Virus record (IMG/VR): IMGVR_UViG_3300000839_000001
Source of the DNA: a virus
DNA length: 48,300 nucleotides
Reading direction: 5' to 3' (one strand)
Position 1 is the stretch's first letter; the number at the start of each line of letters is the position of its first letter. The position numbers and the translations under genes are program-made. Below are positions 44,237-48,300 of this stretch, one piece after another. The notes under the pieces are model-generated. The model made no database searches. It was not told the DNA's origin and saw only the letters and a program-made list of their open reading frames with translations.

Positions 44237-44629
44237 ATGGACATTCAATCAGTACCTGAACGCTTCAAAGTAGTTATCATCAAGCTACAAGGCATGTTGT
44301 CAAAGGTTGACGGCTTGCTACATGTAACCGCCGAAGTAGAACACGCCGAGACAATCGACTATGGCGGCGGATTGTATTACTATGAACACAAGGTAGATAG
44401 TGATATGTACTCGGTCAAGGTTGTCGCTCAATATAGTAGCAACAAAGACCGTGACAACGGATTGTCAGACATACATATCTCGATCCGTGACAACTTCGGC
44501 GAATTGGCGTTTCTTACGCTTTCCCCTTGTATTATGGATATTGCTACACGGACAAAGTGTTTGTTAGTCAGCAATATCATTCAGTCAATCCTCACCAATG
44601 TACCGAAAGCAGAGGTTATCAATGACTAA
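44237..44629 (+). CDS. hypothetical early protein
   Basis: 130-aa ORF. RBS aaaggaac. Confidence 0.6.
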   Translation: MDIQSVPERFKVVIIKLQGMLSKVDGLLHVTAEVEHAETIDYGGGLYYYEHKVDSDMYSVKVVAQYSSNKDRDNGLSDIHISIRDNFGELAFLTLSPCIMDIATRTKCLLVSNIIQSILTNVPKAEVIND

Positions 44630-44888
44630 AGAGCAACACCCTAAACTTATAGCATACGTTCAATCCCGTTCCGGTATCTTTGGTATGCGACTTGACGGCT
44701 ACGTATTTGAGAGCAGCGAGACTATGGCGGGTTATTTCATTGAAGTATTCACCGAAACCAAGCGTAGAGGACGGCCCGCTAAAGGCCAGCACATAGCTAC
44801 CGTTTGTTCTTCCTCACTAGCGGTTCATTTGTCGGACTACAGCGAGATAGTCGAAAGTCCGAATGGCTTGGCTATTGCTTTTGTTTAG
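44622..44888 (+). CDS. hypothetical early protein
   Basis: Start moved to the ATG at 44622 (MTKEQHPKL), which follows agaggttatca and overlaps the upstream stop by 8 nt. Confidence 0.5.
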   Translation: MTKEQHPKLIAYVQSRSGIFGMRLDGYVFESSETMAGYFIEVFTETKRRGRPAKGQHIATVCSSSLAVHLSDYSEIVESPNGLAIAFV

Positions 44889-45009
44889 TAGTTAGGACAA
44901 ACTACTATTCCCCGCCCTGTTATACTTTAATCGGTATAGCAGGGATTTATATCGTCGCCGATCACTGGCGGTTCTATCAATACACAACCCAACAATCCTA
45001 ACTTACACC

Positions 45010-47187
45010 ATGAGTACAACGGAACAATCTAAAGTGTCAGAACAAAGAGTATGCAATGTTACTATGAAGGGAGAGCAAATAGAATTTGCCTTCCCGTTCG
45101 GGTACAAAGAATTGTCTAACGGCAAAGTCCCCTTTAGAGCGTATGATATACATGATGACGCCTATTGGGGCTCGTTCCCGGAAAAGTATACCGATGAAGA
45201 AGGTAACTATGTCGGGAGACAAGCAGAGCGGGACGCCCCCTTCTCTCTCATTTGGAAACGCCCAAAGAGGATAGAGATTGTCAAGGCTTTCAATCTCTTG
45301 CTAGAGCATTGCAACCCCGCCACATACAACTACCGCTTTGAGAGCAATACACCCTATATAGCACAGATTATGGGGGATAACCTCGCTCTTGAGAACCGCC
45401 AGCGATTGGCGGTTCCGTATATCTATCAAGCCCTTCAATATCCTCTTATGGAGCATCAAATAGAGGAAGTTAGCAAGGCAGCGCTATGTACCGGCAGGTG
45501 TAACTTTTCGGCAACCGGAACCGGCAAGACGGTGATGATTATAGCTACTATGTTCAATAAGTGGTTATTAGAAGGCCGACCGGATAGGCCCTGCTTGATA
45601 GTCTGCCCCAACCACATACGACTTGCATGGAAGCGAGAGTTTGACACGTTCACTAACCACAATGTGAAGTGTACAATAGTCATGGGTACACCTGCCCAAA
45701 GGAAATATATACTATTCAATGCCCTAGGTCAACCATTGCAAGATGTACCAGTGGAGTACGCTACTACTGGCGAGACTGGCACGAAGCCTATGCGGGTTAT
45801 AATTGCCGGATACGATACCGTCACCAATGATATACTTGACTTTATGATAGGTGACTGGTTTGCCGGTTGTCTTGACGAAGCGCATAGGATAAAAACACCC
45901 CTGACCAATAGAACGGAAGCTATCTTTAATCTACAAAGAAGGATTAAGCATCGCTATGTAGCAACAGGTACGCCGGACACCAATAGCTTTGCGGACGCGT
46001 ACACGCCTATAGAATGGGTGTTCCCTAACTATTTCGGCAAAAGGTGGCATGAAGACATTACCGAACATAGCGAGACACGTAGCACTGCCAGAACAGAGAA
46101 AGAGCGGAAGAGAGATAAAGAAAAGGCGACATTACGTAATGCTCTCAACAAGTATCCCGGTCAACCTAGCGGACGGACGGACGGGATACCTATCAAACCC
46201 TATATCAATGATTCTGAAAACAATCTTGGAGTAAAATGGAGTAGCCTTAATGGTGGACAAGAGCGTCTTATTTCCGAGTTTGGGACTACGGATAGTTTTG
46301 GAAAAGCAAAGAAGCTATATAGACATAAAGAACAGGAGTTTCAAGACCTTATAAAGTATGCTAGTTGTAGGTATCTCTTGACTGATATACGGGACGATAT
46401 GCCCGATCAAATCATGGAAGTCGTACCTATCGACCTTACCGAAGAACAGAAAGTGGTATACAAAGCCTTACAAGAGAAACTTTTGTATGCTATGGAGTCT
46501 GCGGAAGGTATGAAGACCGTGACAATAACGAACATGCTTACTCAATACTTGCGACTGGTACAAGTTACAGGCGGTTGGGTACAGTATGATGAAGAAAGCG
46601 GTTGGGACTTTGAGAACGGCACACTCATAGAGAGCGTAACTACTAGGGAAGACTTTGTAGACAATCCCAAACTAGATAAGGCTATCGAACTATGTCAGGA
46701 AGCGATAGTAGATAACAAGTGCATCATCTGGGCACATTTCCGTCACGACATAGACTTGATTATGTCAAGGCTGGCGAGTCTTGGTATAAAACACGCTAGG
46801 ATTGACGGGAGAGATACAGATAAGAATCGCCAAGAAGTCATACACGCTTTCAACAATGATTCTACAATGCGTGTACTGGTAGCTAACCCCGGAGCATGTG
46901 GGGAAGGGTTAAACCTACAAGGTGTTCAAGGTACGGAAGCTAAAGACTATGATGACGCTGTTCTATGTAACACGCTCATATTCTATAGTACCTCTTGGAG
47001 TAGTAAGGACTTTATTCAGGCAATGGCCAGACCATACCGATTGAATACTACATGCACACAATACATATACTCGCTACAAGCGAGAGCGTCGATTGACAAC
47101 TACATATACAGTGTTGTGCAAGGCAAATGTGACGCAAGCAGAGAGCTGTTAGGTGACGTTCTCAAACAATCTGTGGGGACTACCTAG
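45010..47187 (+). CDS. SNF2/Rad54-family (SF2) helicase-ATPase
   Basis: Motif I SATGTGKTVM, motif II LDEAHRIK, motif III ATGTPDTNS. C-terminal lobe GEGLNLQ and QAMARPYR. Confidence 0.85.
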   Translation: MSTTEQSKVSEQRVCNVTMKGEQIEFAFPFGYKELSNGKVPFRAYDIHDDAYWGSFPEKYTDEEGNYVGRQAERDAPFSLIWKRPKRIEIVKAFNLLLEHCNPATYNYRFESNTPYIAQIMGDNLALENRQRLAVPYIYQALQYPLMEHQIEEVSKAALCTGRCNFSATGTGKTVMIIATMFNKWLLEGRPDRPCLIVCPNHIRLAWKREFDTFTNHNVKCTIVMGTPAQRKYILFNALGQPLQDVPVEYATTGETGTKPMRVIIAGYDTVTNDILDFMIGDWFAGCLDEAHRIKTPLTNRTEAIFNLQRRIKHRYVATGTPDTNSFADAYTPIEWVFPNYFGKRWHEDITEHSETRSTARTEKERKRDKEKATLRNALNKYPGQPSGRTDGIPIKPYINDSENNLGVKWSSLNGGQERLISEFGTTDSFGKAKKLYRHKEQEFQDLIKYASCRYLLTDIRDDMPDQIMEVVPIDLTEEQKVVYKALQEKLLYAMESAEGMKTVTITNMLTQYLRLVQVTGGWVQYDEESGWDFENGTLIESVTTREDFVDNPKLDKAIELCQEAIVDNKCIIWAHFRHDIDLIMSRLASLGIKHARIDGRDTDKNRQEVIHAFNNDSTMRVLVANPGACGEGLNLQGVQGTEAKDYDDAVLCNTLIFYSTSWSSKDFIQAMARPYRLNTTCTQYIYSLQARASIDNYIYSVVQGKCDASRELLGDVLKQSVGTT

Positions 47188-47364
47188 TAACAATGCTAAC
47201 TAGAATTATTTGGGAAAATTTGAACAAAATTTTATTTTTACTGGGATTATGATTCGCCAGAAACGTATAAATTATGGTAACACGGGAATTGACCTAGTTA
47301 CCAACTACTATATAGCTAGGGGCCGATGCCAACGGCAGGCCCTACTATACAGTAGCATCATAAA

Positions 47365-47420
47365 GCAGCAAAGCTGCTAAATACCGGATAGTCTTCGGAG
47401 TACCTAAAGACTATCTAACT
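47365..47420 (+). promoter_or_regulatory. conserved hairpin element, copy C (same plus-strand orientation as copy B)
   Basis: gcagcaaagctgctaaataccggatagtcttcggagtacctaaagactatctaact. Stem atagtctt/aagactat around the same loop. Confidence 0.6.
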
Positions 47421-47432
47421 AGAAAGCATATT

Positions 47433-47756
47433 ATGGGAATGACCGCATCAAAACCGCTATCGTCGCATGAAGTCCTAGAGAGACTTATCCAACAATTCTC
47501 ACTGGAGAATACACAAACCATTGTCTATAGAGCAATTCCGCAACCGTGGATGAAAGCAGATTGCTGCGGAATATCTATTCGGTTCCCTAGTACGGGTAAG
47601 TGGATAGTTATTGACCTCACAAGCAAAGAAGTGCTTGCAAGGAAAGATGGCCCGCTAGGTGGCGATGTTATCTTCCATAAAGAGATAGAGCAATGGAGTT
47701 TTCAACAGACCGAAGCGGTGGTTAGAAAACTGCTTGATACAGTATACAGAAAATAG
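47433..47756 (+). CDS. hypothetical protein
   Basis: 107-aa ORF, co-oriented. Confidence 0.55.
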   Translation: MGMTASKPLSSHEVLERLIQQFSLENTQTIVYRAIPQPWMKADCCGISIRFPSTGKWIVIDLTSKEVLARKDGPLGGDVIFHKEIEQWSFQQTEAVVRKLLDTVYRK

Positions 47757-48047
47757 GTGAGGTGACGCTCACTAGCCACTAGGTGCGAAACGATGACCGC
47801 AATACCTAGTAGCACCGCAAGTAAGGCAGTTCCGGCCATAGCTTGCAGCCCCTTGATACCTTATGGTGGGGTAGACAAGGGGCAGACCACAGATGACGCT
47901 TTAGCGTCAACGCCCGATCTTCGCTAGGTAATACCGCTATCTCCAGATAAGGATTGTAGTATTATGTAGGTTGGATTCCTACTATCGGGGCTGTATCAGA
48001 ACAATGTCTGCTAATACGGATATTGCTCTGAATACATAACAGTATCA

Positions 48048-48078
48048 ATCAGAACCGCCAGTCGCTGGCGGTTCTGAT
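48048..48078. promoter_or_regulatory. perfect 14-bp-arm palindrome atcagaaccgccag-tcg-ctggcggttctgat
   Basis: Read directly. Ends 36 nt upstream of the wrap-around gene start. There is no downstream T-run, so it is more operator-like than terminator-like. Confidence 0.6.
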
Positions 48079-48113
48079 ATAGATTGTACAGAACCATTTA
48101 GGAGATACCTATC

Positions 48114-48300
48114 ATGTCCGATGCTTTGAACGCTTTCCTCTCACAACACGCTGCTACGCAGCCCGATGCTACCCAACAATACGTTCCCCCTGTTGCGGCC
48201 CCTGTTGCGGCCCCTGTTGCGGCCCCTGTTGCGGCCCCTGTTGCGGCCCCTGTTGCGGCCCCGATCCCTGCGGCCCCGATCCCTGCGGCCCCTGTTGCGG
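48114..48300 (+). CDS. 5' part of a gene that runs off the window end and resumes at 1..873. N-terminus MSDALNAFLSQHAATQPDATQQYVPP, then PVAA/PIPAA repeats
   Basis: ATG at 48114 lies 6 nt after aggagatacc. The frame is open to base 48300. The last 28 nt equal the first 28 nt and join in frame with the ORF ending at 873. Confidence 0.75.
   Translation, partial: MSDALNAFLSQHAATQPDATQQYVPPVAAPVAAPVAAPVAAPVAAPVAAPIPAAPIPAAPVA
48189..48300 (+). repeat. in-frame tandem coding repeats: six 12-nt units cctgttgcggcc (PVAA), two 15-nt units ccgatccctgcggcc (PIPAA), then a partial unit
   Basis: Read directly. The array continues at 1..84 as three alternating 15/12-nt pairs. Confidence 0.9.

Noticed and set aside
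47757-48113. Possible tRNA or other small RNA genes in the longer intergenic gaps (also 39100..39260 and 47188..47432)
   Set aside because: By eye I found no cloverleaf with a GTTCRANNC-type T-loop and matching acceptor stem, only simple hairpins. A tRNAscan-type search would be needed to be sure.
48300-48300. Direct head-to-tail junction of base 48300 to base 1
   Set aside because: It would put the 48114 ORF out of frame with 1..873. Only the 28-nt overlap restores the frame. A 55-nt overlap does not match.
1-48300. Lysogeny module, reverse transcriptase/DGR or toxin-antitoxin pair
   Set aside because: I could not recognise integrase, recombinase, CI-like repressor or RT motifs in any listed ORF. 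Because this rests on reading by eye only, absence is not proven.

Overview
The window looks like a complete, circularly closed dsDNA tailed-phage (siphovirus-like) genome of about 48.3 kb. The last 28 nt repeat the first 28 nt, and one gene runs across the junction (48114..48300 joined in frame to 1..873). There are two transcription arms. The plus-strand early/replication arm runs 41012 -> window end -> 13585. It encodes small early proteins, an SNF2 helicase, an ECF-like sigma factor, an SF3 (D5/P4-like) helicase, an AEP prim-pol, family-A DNA polymerase, VRR-NUC nuclease, ATP-dependent ligase, a tandem family of small Cys-rich proteins and tiny membrane proteins. The minus-strand late arm runs 39024 -> 13539. 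It encodes a secreted/peptidase/membrane cassette, a giant beta-helix fibre, TerL, portal, scaffold, capsid, head-tail joining proteins, major tail protein, G/GT chaperones with an AAAAAAC slippery site, tape measure and tail-tip proteins. The arms diverge from an unusual ~2 kb ORF-poor region (39025..41011) packed with GGTTACAC iterons, perfect 22- and 27-nt direct repeats, a (G4-5 T)n quadruplex tract, a (TA)6 tract and GGAAATTTCC-like palindromes. This is probably the origin/control region and may encode ncRNA. Other notable signals: a 9-mer (GGCGGTTCT) present at least 18 times and mostly co-oriented with transcription; a three-copy hairpin element with a conserved 12-nt loop and covarying stems; a seven-member family of small CxxC proteins; a pentapeptide-repeat plus poly-Gly block inside the tape measure; a fibre with three tandem beta-helix modules; a papain-like peptidase in the lysis-like cassette; and a heptanucleotide repeat inside a secreted-protein gene. 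I did not recognise any tRNA, CRISPR array, integrase, repressor or reverse transcriptase. All functional calls rest on motif recognition by eye and on gene order, not on database searches.
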